Shown here piece after piece: positions 28,280 to 38,315 of a stretch of DNA of 64,000 bases (within the stretch, counting starts at the first letter, position 1; every line of letters begins with the position of its first letter). Both the position numbers and the translations under genes were made by a program. Under the pieces are notes generated by a model. That model was not told the origin of the DNA and searched no databases. It saw only the letters and a program-made list of their open reading frames with translations. The DNA comes from an uncultured candidatus Brocadiaceae bacterium (GTDB lineage: Bacteria > Planctomycetota > UBA11346), in the NCBI GenBank assembly GCA_964652775.1, contig CAZZAM010000008.1, forward strand, positions 43,317 through 107,316, read 5' to 3'.

Positions 28280-30043
28280 ATGGCTGCCCCAACCAACGCC
28301 CTGTATCAACCCGCCTTGCTGCGTTGTCTGCATCGCGGCTACACCCGTAAAGATCTGACCGCCGATGTACTGGCCGGCATTTTGGTCGGTGTTGTTGCTC
28401 TCCCCCTATCTATGGGTTTGGCGATCGCCTCGGGTGCAACACCGGAACAGGGCCTCTATGTCGCGATCATCGGTGGCATTGTAGTCAGCCTGTTTGGCGG
28501 CAGCCGCGTGCAGATCGGTGGACCAGCCGGTGCCTTCGTCGGCATCTGCGCCGCGGCGGCAGCGGACCCACACATTGGCTTATTTGGCCTGTCGATCGCG
28601 ACGTTCCTGGCTGGCGGAATGATCCTCGCCATGGGGCTCATGCGTCTGGGCAAGGCGATCACCTTCATCCCGACGCCCGTGGTCATTGGATTCACGACCG
28701 GTATTGCAGTCACAATCGCCAGTACCCAGCTTGCACCCATGCTCGGAATCTCGGCAGCCAGCCACGAACATTTTACTGAACGCATCGCGTACATCCGGCA
28801 GCATGCCGCGGCCATTCACTGGCAACCGATTATCGTCTGCCTGATTACTGTAATTATCATCCTTGGCATGCGCTGGTGGAAGCCGTTATTGCCCGGCGCA
28901 ATTATCGCGGTTATTGCCGTAACTATCGCCAGTTTCTCGCTGGGATGGACTGCTCCCGGCGGGCCGTTGATTAGTATCGGTACGATTCCAGACACACCAC
29001 CACTTCCGCATCTGCCGGGGATGTACCAGGGCGACGGCTGGTCCTTGTCAGCATTCTGGGACAAGCTGACCAACAGTGGCCTCGATTGGGAGCACATCGG
29101 AATTCTCGCCGCCACTATTGCCGTACTGGGCGCCATCGAAAGTCTCTTGTCGGCCGTTGTCGCTGATGGCATGAGCGGCGATCGCCACGATTCCAACAGC
29201 GAACTCATCGGCCAAGGTATTGCCAATTTGGTTGTGCCGTTCTTTGGCGTGCTGCCCACCACCGGTGTCTTGGCGCGAACCTCCACCAATATCCGCGCCG
29301 GAGCACGCTCGCCAGTTGCCGGTATCGTTCACAGCCTTGCCGTACTCGCGATTCTCGTCGCCTGTGCTCCGCTGGTTCGTCATATTCCGTTGGCCTGCCT
29401 CGCCGGTGTCCTCTTGGTTGTCTGTTGGCACATGGCCGAACTGCGTCATTGGCCGCACATCCTGCGCACTAAGCGCAGCGACGCCTTCCTCCTGCCGCTG
29501 GCAACGGTCTTGACGATCTTTACCTCGTTATCGATCGCCGTCTTCAGCTGTGTAATCCTGGCGATGTTCTTCTTCGTTAAGCGCATGGCCGACACCATCC
29601 AAGTCGAGCGCCGTGCTGCTGACAGTGGTGCTGACGAAGAAAACTCGGCGAAACTGCCACCCGGCGTCGAAGTCTATGAGGTCCGCGGTCCCTTCTTCTT
29701 CGGTGCCGCCACGCTCATTCGCGATATTGACGGCATGGTTGGCAGCAAGCCGCGCGCACTCATCCTTCGTTTACGCAATGTCCCATTCATCGATGTGACG
29801 GCCGCGTTCAGTCTGCGTGAACTACATGAGTCCTGTGCGAAACGCGGCGCTGAACTCCTGCTGTCCGACTGTCATACCCGCCCACTCATGGACCTCGATC
29901 GCCACGGCATCCTTGCCTTGCTCGGTGAAGAGCGCGTGTTCGGCAGCTATGAAGACGCTCTTGCACACGCCACCCAGGTCAGCAACCAGATGGCTGAATT
30001 GAGCCGCATCCGCACGGCGACGCGGAATACCACCGTCACCTGA
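28280..30043 (+). CDS. SulP family inorganic anion transporter with C-terminal STAS domain
   Basis: DLTADVLAGILVGVVALPLSMGLAIASG is the typical SulP N-terminus. It has multiple TM helices and a C-terminal STAS region (VYEVRGPFFFGAA...LILRLRNVPFIDVTA). Confidence 0.9.
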   Translation: MAAPTNALYQPALLRCLHRGYTRKDLTADVLAGILVGVVALPLSMGLAIASGATPEQGLYVAIIGGIVVSLFGGSRVQIGGPAGAFVGICAAAAADPHIGLFGLSIATFLAGGMILAMGLMRLGKAITFIPTPVVIGFTTGIAVTIASTQLAPMLGISAASHEHFTERIAYIRQHAAAIHWQPIIVCLITVIIILGMRWWKPLLPGAIIAVIAVTIASFSLGWTAPGGPLISIGTIPDTPPLPHLPGMYQGDGWSLSAFWDKLTNSGLDWEHIGILAATIAVLGAIESLLSAVVADGMSGDRHDSNSELIGQGIANLVVPFFGVLPTTGVLARTSTNIRAGARSPVAGIVHSLAVLAILVACAPLVRHIPLACLAGVLLVVCWHMAELRHWPHILRTKRSDAFLLPLATVLTIFTSLSIAVFSCVILAMFFFVKRMADTIQVERRAADSGADEENSAKLPPGVEVYEVRGPFFFGAATLIRDIDGMVGSKPRALILRLRNVPFIDVTAAFSLRELHESCAKRGAELLLSDCHTRPLMDLDRHGILALLGEERVFGSYEDALAHATQVSNQMAELSRIRTATRNTTVT

Positions 30044-30301
30044 TGCGCCTCGCTGCTGGAGTCGGACGCTGGTCCGATCCGTTGCCCGTGGCATTGCCAG
30101 AGCTGCTGACGCGCCTTCGTGCAGCCTATATAATTCCTGTCGATACGCGTAGATAGGAGTTGTACTTCGGATTCTTAATACAGTGGTAACTCGGCTTGGC
30201 TGTGCCGCTCAACTCCCAATCAGGAGTGCCTTTGCACTCAACCTGGGCCTTGCTAACGTGCCGCCTCAATCCCCACGCCTACGGGCGAATCAGGAAATCC
30301 C

Positions 30302-30565
30302 ATGGCATCCCCAAAAGCCAAGTTGTCCCCCGCTCCGTCCAAATCCAAATCCAAAACCAAGACCAAGACTTTTGCAAAAAAGACGGCGGCAAAGCCAGTT
30401 AAGAAATCTGCCGCGCGCAAATCCGTCAGCGCAGAGGAACGCCAGCGCATGATCGGCGAGGCAGCCTATTACCTCGCTGAAAAGCGCGGCTTTGAACCCG
30501 GTCATCATGATGTCGACTGGGCCGCAGCTGAACGCCAGATCGACGCGCTTGTGCGCGCTCGCTAA
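30302..30565 (+). CDS. DUF2934-like small protein with Lys-rich N-terminal tail
   Basis: ERQRMIGEAAYYLAEKRGFEPGHHDVDWAAAERQI matches the DUF2934 pattern. The N-terminus is KSKSKTKTKT/AKKTAAKPVKK. Confidence 0.6.
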   Translation: MASPKAKLSPAPSKSKSKTKTKTFAKKTAAKPVKKSAARKSVSAEERQRMIGEAAYYLAEKRGFEPGHHDVDWAAAERQIDALVRAR

Positions 30566-30623
30566 CGCTCGCTTTCAGGGGCTTCGCCCGGTGGCGTAAA
30601 GCTAGACGATTGATCTCGTCCTG

Positions 30624-30738
30624 GTGAGCCGCCAAGGCGCCAAGATCGCCAAGGAATTCGTGCCTTTCCTCTGTGGATAGGCTTGGTGGCCCAAGCTAAT
30701 CCTTTTTTCTTTGCGTCCTTGGCGTCTTGGCGGCTCAC
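30624..30738. repeat. hairpin (family G, CCAAGGCG/CCAAGAT words)
   Basis: Left arm GTGAGCCGCCAAGGCGCCAAGATCGCCAAGGAA (30624-30656) pairs with right arm TTCTTTGCGTCCTTGGCGTCTTGGCGGCTCAC (30708-30738). It lies between convergent genes. Confidence 0.85.
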
Positions 30739-30774
30739 AAAACCGTGTGAATCCATTAGCTTTACGCCATTGGT

Positions 30775-32694
30775 CTAGGCCCCAGCGCCCTCATACGAGC
30801 GGCCGGTCTTGCGTTCCATATAGTTCACGAATGCACGATTGCAGACCCGCGTACCGCCGGGCGTCGGGTAATCACCGGTGAAATACCAATCGCCGGTGTG
30901 ATTGGGGATTGCGTTGCGCAGTCCCGCGACGGTCTGATAGACGACGACCAGTTCGCCATCCCAGTCGGCTGGACGCACCAAGCGCGCGATGCGTTCAGAA
31001 ATTTCCTGGTCGGTGAATGGCTCGTAGATGCGCTTCACGTGATTGATCGGTGGGTCTCCCGGCTTCACCGGTTCGCGGCACGCGGCGAGCACGTCGTTCA
31101 GCAACGACTCCTGTTTGCGTTCCTGCAGTAACTTCGTCGCTGCTTCAAAGGCGATGAACTTGCCGAGTTCGCTCATGTCGATGCCGTAGCAGTCCGGATA
31201 ACGAATTTGCGGCGCACTCGACAGCACGACGATGCGCTTGGGCCGCAGCCGCGCGAGCATGCGCAGAATACTTTGTCGGAGCGTAGTGCCGCGCACGATT
31301 GAATCGTCGATGGCAACCAAGCTGTCGAGACCCGGGCGGAGAATGCCGCGCGACACGTCATAAGCATGCGCGACCAAGTCGCTGCGATCGCCTTCGCCGG
31401 TAATGAACGTGCGTAGTTTGGCGTCCTTTTGCGTCGCCTTTTCCTGCCAGGTGCGCACCGCCAAGACATCGTGGAGGCGCGCCGGGGTCAGCTGACCCGT
31501 CGCCTGCAGATCAAGAATCTGTCGTTCTTTCCAATCGCTGAGCCAGGTCTGCAATCCATCAAGCAGTCCGTAGTACGCGCTTTCAGCAGTATTGGGGATG
31601 TAACTGAGGACGGTGTGATCCAGGTCGTGATCGACGGCCTCTAGCATTGCCGGCACGAGTTCTCGGCCCAGCGCCTTCCGCTCGCGGTAAATTTCGGCGT
31701 CGTTGCCACGACTGAAATAGATGCGCTCGAAGGTGCAGGAGCGTTTTTCGGCAGCGGGCAGGATCTCGACCTGGGCGGCTTGACCACGGTGATCCACGAT
31801 GACCGCGCAACCAGGCGTGACTTCCTGCACGCGCTCGGGTTCGACATCGAAACAGGTGACTAGTGCAGCTCGCTCACTCGCCAGAGCGACAACCTCGTCA
31901 TCTTCATACCAGTAGCCGGGCCGAATCCCGTTGGGATCGCGGATCGCGAAGCACGCGCCATGACCAACGATGCCGGCCATGAAGTAACCACCATCCCAAC
32001 TGCGCGCAGCGCGGCGCAAAACCTTGCCGAGATCGAGTTGATCGGCGAGCGCCGAGCGCAGCGCTTCGCCCTTGAGTCCCTGGTCTTCGGCCTTGCGCGA
32101 TACCGCTTCGTTCGCCACGTCGAGGAAATGGCCGATCTTCTCCATCACGGTCGCGGTGTCGGCCTCGCCAACCGGATGCTGACCGAGTTCAATCAACATG
32201 TTGAACAACACGTCGGTATTGGTCAGGTTGAAATTACCGGCAACACACAGATTGCTGCTCGGCGAATTGGAATGGCGCAAGAAGGGATGGCAGTTATCGA
32301 TGCCGTAACCGCCGTGGGTGCCGTAGCGCAGATGACCGAGATACACCTCGCCGCAGAACGGGAACCCGCGCTTGAGCCCTTCCACATCGGTGTGGTTAAC
32401 CTTCTTCTCAGCAACCAGCCGGGCGTGATCGTCGAGAATGTGTTTCCACAGCCGATCGAGGCTGTCTTTGCCGCCCTCGCGATGCCGCGAGAGATACGGC
32501 ACGCCGTAGGGCATGCCTTGGCGCAGCACGGCGATGCCCGCTCCATCTTGACCGCGATTGCGCTGCTTCTCCATCAGCAGGTACATTTTGCGCATGCCCC
32601 ACAGCGCGGTGCCGTGGGTCTGCTGATAATACGCCAACGGCTTCTTCAACCGGATGATCGCGATGCCGCATTCGTGCTTGATCGGGTCGCTCAT
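30775..32694 (-). CDS. purF: amidophosphoribosyltransferase (long, class-II glutamine amidotransferase type)
   Basis: N-terminal ...HECGIA (Ntn Cys), an amidotransferase domain and a PRTase motif (LVAIDDSIVRGTT). The 639-aa long form is known from several non-proteobacterial phyla. Confidence 0.8.
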   Translation of the reverse strand: MSDPIKHECGIAIIRLKKPLAYYQQTHGTALWGMRKMYLLMEKQRNRGQDGAGIAVLRQGMPYGVPYLSRHREGGKDSLDRLWKHILDDHARLVAEKKVNHTDVEGLKRGFPFCGEVYLGHLRYGTHGGYGIDNCHPFLRHSNSPSSNLCVAGNFNLTNTDVLFNMLIELGQHPVGEADTATVMEKIGHFLDVANEAVSRKAEDQGLKGEALRSALADQLDLGKVLRRAARSWDGGYFMAGIVGHGACFAIRDPNGIRPGYWYEDDEVVALASERAALVTCFDVEPERVQEVTPGCAVIVDHRGQAAQVEILPAAEKRSCTFERIYFSRGNDAEIYRERKALGRELVPAMLEAVDHDLDHTVLSYIPNTAESAYYGLLDGLQTWLSDWKERQILDLQATGQLTPARLHDVLAVRTWQEKATQKDAKLRTFITGEGDRSDLVAHAYDVSRGILRPGLDSLVAIDDSIVRGTTLRQSILRMLARLRPKRIVVLSSAPQIRYPDCYGIDMSELGKFIAFEAATKLLQERKQESLLNDVLAACREPVKPGDPPINHVKRIYEPFTDQEISERIARLVRPADWDGELVVVYQTVAGLRNAIPNHTGDWYFTGDYPTPGGTRVCNRAFVNYMERKTGRSYEGAGA

Positions 32695-32708
32695 CGGATG
32701 GTTCCGCG

Positions 32709-33986
32709 TTATGCTTTCGCGATCCGGTCGAGGCCGCCGAGATATGGTCGCAAAACCGGCGGAACGATCACCGATCCATCGGCCTGCTGGTAGTTTTCCA
32801 ACAACGCGATGATCGTGCGCGGCAGGGCGAGGCCCGAACCGTTGAGCGTGTGCACCAACTGCGGCTTGCCGTCAGCACCACGATAGCGGATCGCCGAGCG
32901 CCGCGCCTGGAAGTCGGTGAACACCGAGCATGAACTCACTTCCAACCACGAACTCGTTCCCGCGCCCCAAACTTCGATATCGAAGGTGCAGGCTGATGAG
33001 AAGCCAATATCACCAGTGCAGAGTTGGATGACGCGGTGATGCAGACCGAGCTGCTGTAAGAACCACTCGGCGTGGCCGCGCATAACATCCAGATCTTGGC
33101 GACTGCGCTCGGGCGTTGTGAACCACACCATTTCGACCTTGTCGAACTGGTGAACACGAGTCATGCCGCGCGTGCCGATGCCAGCAGCGCCGGCTTCACG
33201 ACGGAAACACGGCGTATGCGCGCAGTAACGCAGCGGCAGCGTCGCCAGATCCAGAATCTCGCCAGCGTGCAGATTGGTCAGGGGAACTTCAGCGGTCGGA
33301 ATCAGTACCAACTCGTCGTCTTTGCACTCGTAATACTGACCTTTGAACTTGGGCAGTTGGCCGACATTGACCAGCATCTGCGGCGTAACGAGGTACGGCA
33401 CCGCCCATTCCGTGTAACCGTTCTTGGTCGTATGCACATCAAGGAACCAACTGATCAGTGCACGCGACAGCTTGGCGCCAGCGCCCTTGAGCGCGACGAA
33501 ACCCGAGCCAGACATCCTGGCACCGCGATCGAAGTCCATGATGCCGAGCGCCGGTGCGAGATCCCAGTGTGCCTTGGGCGCGAAGGTAAACTTCGGCAGC
33601 TCGCCCCACACCGAGACAACCGGATTGTCGGCGGCTTCTTTGCCAACTGCGACTTCGGGCAGACAGGGATTGGGTAGGTAGAGCAATTTGTCATTGAGCT
33701 CGCGCTCGGCGGTTTCGCGTTCGGCGTCAAGCGCCTTGTGCTGATCGCCCAGCGCGCGTGCCTTGGCTTTGGCCTCCTCGACAGCTGCGCCGCCTTGCTT
33801 GGCTGCCGCACCGATCGACTTGCTGGCCTGGTTCAGCTCAGCCTTGATCGCTTCGGCCTTGGTCTTTAACCCGCGGACCCGCTCATCGGCGGCGATCAAC
33901 GCATCGACATCGGCTTTTTCTCCGCGATTCGCCCATGCTGTCCGGAAACTGTTGGGGTCTTTGCGGAAGGCTGCGAGGTCGATCAT
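32709..33986 (-). CDS. serS: seryl-tRNA synthetase
   Basis: MIDLAAFRKDP start, an N-terminal coiled-coil arm and class-II motifs (FRREAG..., GSGLALPRTIIALLEN). The track's longer N-terminus reads through repeat F2. Confidence 0.95.
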   Translation of the reverse strand: MIDLAAFRKDPNSFRTAWANRGEKADVDALIAADERVRGLKTKAEAIKAELNQASKSIGAAAKQGGAAVEEAKAKARALGDQHKALDAERETAERELNDKLLYLPNPCLPEVAVGKEAADNPVVSVWGELPKFTFAPKAHWDLAPALGIMDFDRGARMSGSGFVALKGAGAKLSRALISWFLDVHTTKNGYTEWAVPYLVTPQMLVNVGQLPKFKGQYYECKDDELVLIPTAEVPLTNLHAGEILDLATLPLRYCAHTPCFRREAGAAGIGTRGMTRVHQFDKVEMVWFTTPERSRQDLDVMRGHAEWFLQQLGLHHRVIQLCTGDIGFSSACTFDIEVWGAGTSSWLEVSSCSVFTDFQARRSAIRYRGADGKPQLVHTLNGSGLALPRTIIALLENYQQADGSVIVPPVLRPYLGGLDRIAKA

Positions 33987-34044
33987 GGCGGGGCTGGAAA
34001 GGTAAGACCTGGCATGGGCGGGCAAGGAGGTGAAACCAAGGCTG

Positions 34045-34100
34045 AAGGAGGAAGGCAGAATGAGGAAAAACACCGCCAGTTTTCATCCTTCTGCCTTCCT
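34045..34100. repeat. hairpin (family F, copy 2)
   Basis: GAAGGAGGAAGGCAGAATGAGGAAAAAC, then the loop ACCGCCA, then GTTTTCATCCTTCTGCCTTCCT. It lies between divergent serS and the M50B-like gene. Confidence 0.85.
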
Positions 34101-34129
34101 ACTTCTGACTTCTCCGTATTCTCTCCCCC

Positions 34130-34750
34130 GTGATCGCCACCATCGTCAGCCTGCTTGTCGCCATCGCCCTCGCCGTCGGAGCCGGTCCGTTGTGCTGGTA
34201 CGTCCTTCAATGGTCTGCGCTAAAGGTCACATGGCCACCGCCTGATGCTGCGGCCACCACCGCCGGAGCTGGACTCGGGTTGCTCTTCCTGCTTTGGCGG
34301 AAGCCGAACTGGTTCCTGCACACCGCCGTCCACGAGCTCTGCCATTTTCTCGTCTGTCTACTGGTCTTCGTTCGGCCCACCGGCATCTCGATCACCGATG
34401 GTAAGGGCGGAGCCGTCGAACACGTGCAGACCGATCCAGTTCGCAGCACCATAATCAGTATCGCCCCCTACACGCTGCCGCTGCTCCTGCTGCCCGTACT
34501 CGCGATCAGACACTTCGTGATCACCTCGCCCGATCCGTGGCGCCATGTGATGTCGGGATTGTGCGCGCTGTTGTTCGTCACGCATCTGCAAGGCTTGTTC
34601 CACAACGTGCGCATTAACATCACCGGCGATCAATCCGACTTGGTGAAGGTTGGCCGGCCACTGTCCGCCGTGCTGATCACGTTGATCCTGATGTTGGTCA
34701 CCGCCTGGACACTGCGCGCGCTCTGGACCGGGGAACCGAGCGGGCATTGA
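34130..34750 (+). CDS. membrane metallopeptidase-like protein (M50B-like, HExxH)
   Basis: 206 aa, polytopic. TAVHELCHFLV (HExxH inside a TM helix) is followed by ITDGKGGAVEH and ...GDQSDLVKV, resembling the M50B-like family. GTG start. Confidence 0.55.
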   Translation: MIATIVSLLVAIALAVGAGPLCWYVLQWSALKVTWPPPDAAATTAGAGLGLLFLLWRKPNWFLHTAVHELCHFLVCLLVFVRPTGISITDGKGGAVEHVQTDPVRSTIISIAPYTLPLLLLPVLAIRHFVITSPDPWRHVMSGLCALLFVTHLQGLFHNVRINITGDQSDLVKVGRPLSAVLITLILMLVTAWTLRALWTGEPSGH

Positions 34751-35283
34751 GCCAAGTCCCCGACAACCTACGCAGACTCTTGCAGTTGGGATACAGCGCC
34801 GAGCGCGCAGCGGCGTTCGCGTATCGCGGACACGCCGCATCCGTGCGCAGTCCGGACGAACAACAACACATTCTGAAAATCGAAGCCGAAGAATGGCAAC
34901 ATCGCGACAATCTGCACCGCATGCTGAATGCCATCGGAGCTAAACCGTCGCGCTGGCTCGAGTTCAAATACCACTGCATTGGCAAGCTCATCTCCGGATC
35001 CTGTTTCGTCATCGGCTATTTCATGCCGATGTACTTCGCTGGTCGACTCGAAAGCGGTAACGTCAACGAGTACGTACGTATGATTGAACTATCGCGTGGA
35101 ACCGTCCTGGCGAACGAACACGCCTGCATGATCGAGATGGCTCGGGTCGAGAAGGAACACGAATTGTACTTCCTGTCCTGCGCCAGCAGTCACTGGATGA
35201 TGCCCCTATTCCAACGGATCTTCGGCTGGGGACCGGGCGTGAGCTACAACACGATGTCTGTCGATCGCGTCGACGCGGCGTGA
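34747..35283 (+). CDS. ferritin-like (di-iron carboxylate type) domain protein
   Basis: Two E...ExxH-like motifs (EAEEWQH and EKEHELYF). AFAYRGHA...AGRLESGNVNEY resembles the demethoxyubiquinone-hydroxylase/ferritin-like family. The start (TTG at 34747, overlapping the upstream stop) is uncertain. Confidence 0.5.
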   Translation: MSQVPDNLRRLLQLGYSAERAAAFAYRGHAASVRSPDEQQHILKIEAEEWQHRDNLHRMLNAIGAKPSRWLEFKYHCIGKLISGSCFVIGYFMPMYFAGRLESGNVNEYVRMIELSRGTVLANEHACMIEMARVEKEHELYFLSCASSHWMMPLFQRIFGWGPGVSYNTMSVDRVDAA

Positions 35284-35415
35284 TGTCAACAGCAGCACAA
35301 ATATATGATATATGATGTATGATGACTGTGTGCGCCGACGTGTTGAAGAAGTTGACGAAAGAAGTTGCCCAAGAGAAGAGAACTAAAGACTCAACATGTC
35401 TAGGGGGTCAAAGTG

Positions 35416-35709
35416 ATGCGGTTACCGTGGAGAAAAATCTTCGTTACTGCTATATGCGGCGTGCTCGCCGATCTGCTACTCGTGAGCTCGCCGATAATCG
35501 GAATTATCGGGACGCTTTTCCTGGGCTGGGGCATCATGGGCGGCGTCCTCATCATGCTTGTTCCGTTGATTCTCAGTATCGTACTGGACGAAATTGGCTC
35601 GCTCTATGGCCTGGATCGCCAGAACTCATGGATGGTAGCGATCCGGCGACTGCGCGGCAAAAAACCAGCGACGCCGTCACAGCAACATCACTCCGAGCCC
35701 AACCATTGA
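35416..35709 (+). CDS. small hypothetical membrane protein
   Basis: About 97 aa with two or three hydrophobic helices (FVTAICGVLADLLLV, IIGIIGTLFLGWGIMGGVLIMLVPLILSIVL). It is preceded by an AT-rich spacer. Confidence 0.4.
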   Translation: MRLPWRKIFVTAICGVLADLLLVSSPIIGIIGTLFLGWGIMGGVLIMLVPLILSIVLDEIGSLYGLDRQNSWMVAIRRLRGKKPATPSQQHHSEPNH

Positions 35710-35729
35710 ATCGTTCAGGGCCAAAGGCC

Positions 35730-35875
35730 CGACATCATCCCAGCCTGGGGCAACGCCCCAGGACTAGATATCCAAAGAGATCAAGGGCTGAAGGCCCGAC
35801 CCATAATAGATCGGGCCTTCAGCCCTAACCATCATGTCGCACACATTCCTGGGGCGTTGCCCCAGGCTGGGATGG
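35730..35875. repeat. compound triple-hairpin element (family H)
   Basis: The outer arms are themselves palindromes (CCTGGGGCAACGCCCCAGG at 35744-35762 and CCTGGGGCGTTGCCCCAGG at 35848-35866) and are inverted copies of each other. The central part is a perfect 16-bp stem, AGGGCTGAAGGCCCGA (35784-35799) with TCGGGCCTTCAGCCCT (35811-35826). Confidence 0.85.
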
Positions 35876-35951
35876 ATTGCGCCGTTGGCGCGCATATCGA
35901 ACGGGTAAGTCGATTATCCTGAGCTACATTACCCAGCGATACCCAACTGCA

Positions 35952-36554
35952 TCACGTCGCTTCAAGTCCCCGCGCCATCAGAATCTTGCCCGAGCGGACC
36001 AGCTCAATGATGCCGAACGGCTTGAGCAAACCGATGATCGCGTCGATCTTCTCGGTCTCGCCGGCGCAGCGCAGAATGACGGATTCGGTGCCGAAATCGA
36101 CGACTTTGGCCTTGAAGTTTTCGGCGATCTGGAGGATCTCGGTGCGCTCCTTGAGGCCAGTCTTGATCTTCACCAGGACCAATTCGCTTTCGATAACTTC
36201 CTGACCAGTGTGATCGATGGCGTGAACAACATCGATCAGCTTCTCAAGCTGCCTGATGATTTGCTCCAGCGTGTCCGGATCGCCCGAACACGTGATCGTC
36301 ATGCGCGAGAACTCACCCGGCTGACTCTCGATGCCGGCGACCGAGATCGCCGGTGACACGACCAGCGACTCCATGTTGTAGCCGCGCCGCGAGAACACGA
36401 GCGACACGCGCACCAGCACGCCCGGCTTGTTGCGCACAAGCAGCGAGATGGTGTGCATCGGCTGCACAATGACATCAGTAACGATGTCACGTCGTGGGGC
36501 TTTGCCCGGATCGAGCTCAAAGGATGCGCCGCGTTGAATTGTGGTGGTGGCCAT
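35952..36554 (-). CDS. ilvN: acetolactate synthase small (regulatory) subunit
   Basis: ACT domain HTISLLVRNKPGVLVRVSLVFSRRGYNMESLVV and a C-terminal ALS_ss_C-like part. It sits directly downstream of ilvB. An alternative start is the MHTIS Met at 36458. Confidence 0.9.
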   Translation of the reverse strand: MATTTIQRGASFELDPGKAPRRDIVTDVIVQPMHTISLLVRNKPGVLVRVSLVFSRRGYNMESLVVSPAISVAGIESQPGEFSRMTITCSGDPDTLEQIIRQLEKLIDVVHAIDHTGQEVIESELVLVKIKTGLKERTEILQIAENFKAKVVDFGTESVILRCAGETEKIDAIIGLLKPFGIIELVRSGKILMARGLEAT

Positions 36555-36590
36555 GGGAACCTCAGTTCGTGGTGTGATTGGTCAGAGCGG

Positions 36591-38315
36591 TCAGGTCGAT
36601 CCCGACGGCTTCTCCATCTTCTCTTTCGGCTTCTCGATGATCATACCCGACAGCGGAGCACCGGCGGGGATCATCGGGAAGACGTTATCTTCCTTCACGA
36701 CCTCGACCTCGATCACGCACGGACCTTTGAAGCTGTTGGCCCACTTGATTGCCTTATCGACGTCAGCTGCGCGGCGAACGTGCTTGCCCTTGATGCCATA
36801 AGCCTCGGCGAGTTTGACGAAGTCGGGATTGCCCGGCAGGTCAGAACCCGAGAGGCGATTTTCAAAGAACAACTCTTGCCACTGGCGGATCATGCCGAGG
36901 TAGCTGTTGTTGATGATCAGAATCTTGACGTTGACCTTTTCCAGGAACGCAGTCGAGAGTTCGCACAGCGTCATCTGGAAACCACCGTCGCCGACGATCG
37001 CCCACACGGTCTTGTTGGGATTGCCCAGCGCCGCGCCAATCGCCGAGGGAAAACCAAAACCCATGGTGCCGGCACCGCCACTGGAAATCCAATGACGATT
37101 CTTCGTGGTCAGGCAGAACTGCGCTGCCCACATCTGATGTTGTCCGACGTCGGTGGTAAGGATCGCATCGCGACCACCCAGCTTGTCGAGACGATCCATC
37201 ACGTATTGGGCGCGTAAGCCGCCCTTTTTCGCGTATTTGAGCGGATACTGTTTGCGCCACGCGGCAATCTCAGTCAGCCACGCAGCGGTGTCGGCCTTGC
37301 TGACGAGTGGGATCAAATCTTCGACCACCAAACGCGCATCGCCAAGCAGGCTGACGTGTGGCCGCACCACTTTGGCAAATTCAGCGCGGTCGATGTCGAT
37401 GTGGATCTTGATCGCGTCCTTGCAGAACTCGCTGAGCTTTCCCGTAATGCGATCGTCCCAACGGGCGCCGATCGCGATGATCAGATCACAACCAGCGACT
37501 GCTTTATTCGCGTACGCGGTACCGTGCATGCCGAGCATGCCGAGATGTAGCGGGTGATCTTCGCGACACGCGCCCTTGCCAAGCAACGTGTTGACGATCG
37601 GCGCGTTGAGCTTTTCAGCCAGACGAATGATTGCCTCGCCAGCGTTGGACATGACTGAGCCATGACCGACGTACAACACGGGACGCTTGGCCTTGGTCAG
37701 ATACTCAGCAGCCTTTTTCACGTCGGCGGCAGGCGCGCGACCAGGAACCGTGTAGCCGGGCAGGTTGACCTGATCGACGAACGGCGCGGAGCACGGACCC
37801 TGGGTCACGTCCTTGGGCAGATCGATCAACACCGGACCGGGGCGACCAGTGGTCGCGATGTGGAATGCTTCCTTCATCACGCGTGGAATGTCGGCCGCGT
37901 TCTTGACCAGATAGCTGTGCTTCACGACCGCGTAGGTAATGCCGGTGACGTCGGCTTCTTGAAAGGCGTCTTTGCCGAGCATCGGCGTAATCGTCTGACC
38001 GGTTAGCACGATCATCGGCACCGAGTCCATCATCGCGGTCAGCAGTCCGGTCACGCAGTTGGTCGCGCCGGGGCCCGAGGTCACCAGCACGACGCCAACC
38101 TTGCCGGTCGCGCGGGCGTAACCGTCAGCCATGTGGGTCGCACCCTGCTCGTGGCGGACCTGGATGAGCTTGACCTTGGAATCGACCAACGCATCGAAGA
38201 TCGGCATAGCCGCGCCGCCAGAGTAGCCGTAAACCCGCTCAATACCCTCACGTTCGAGGCAGCGGACGACCACTTCACCGCCGGTTGGGACTTTTGAACT
38301 CATGTTTGGCTCCAT
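36591..38315 (-). CDS. ilvB: acetolactate synthase large subunit (biosynthetic type)
   Basis: 574 aa with ThDP-enzyme motifs ([39 protein letters not shown]...VGDGGFQM). Confidence 0.95.
   Translation of the reverse strand: MEPNMSSKVPTGGEVVVRCLEREGIERVYGYSGGAAMPIFDALVDSKVKLIQVRHEQGATHMADGYARATGKVGVVLVTSGPGATNCVTGLLTAMMDSVPMIVLTGQTITPMLGKDAFQEADVTGITYAVVKHSYLVKNAADIPRVMKEAFHIATTGRPGPVLIDLPKDVTQGPCSAPFVDQVNLPGYTVPGRAPAADVKKAAEYLTKAKRPVLYVGHGSVMSNAGEAIIRLAEKLNAPIVNTLLGKGACREDHPLHLGMLGMHGTAYANKAVAGCDLIIAIGARWDDRITGKLSEFCKDAIKIHIDIDRAEFAKVVRPHVSLLGDARLVVEDLIPLVSKADTAAWLTEIAAWRKQYPLKYAKKGGLRAQYVMDRLDKLGGRDAILTTDVGQHQMWAAQFCLTTKNRHWISSGGAGTMGFGFPSAIGAALGNPNKTVWAIVGDGGFQMTLCELSTAFLEKVNVKILIINNSYLGMIRQWQELFFENRLSGSDLPGNPDFVKLAEAYGIKGKHVRRAADVDKAIKWANSFKGPCVIEVEVVKEDNVFPMIPAGAPLSGMIIEKPKEKMEKPSGST

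Noticed and set aside
31960-32793. 277-aa ORF antisense to the purF-like gene (similar cases: 38355-39044, 36453-37217, 43696-44487, 57755-58465, 22089-22862)
   Set aside because: All lie fully inside stronger, motif-bearing genes on the opposite strand.
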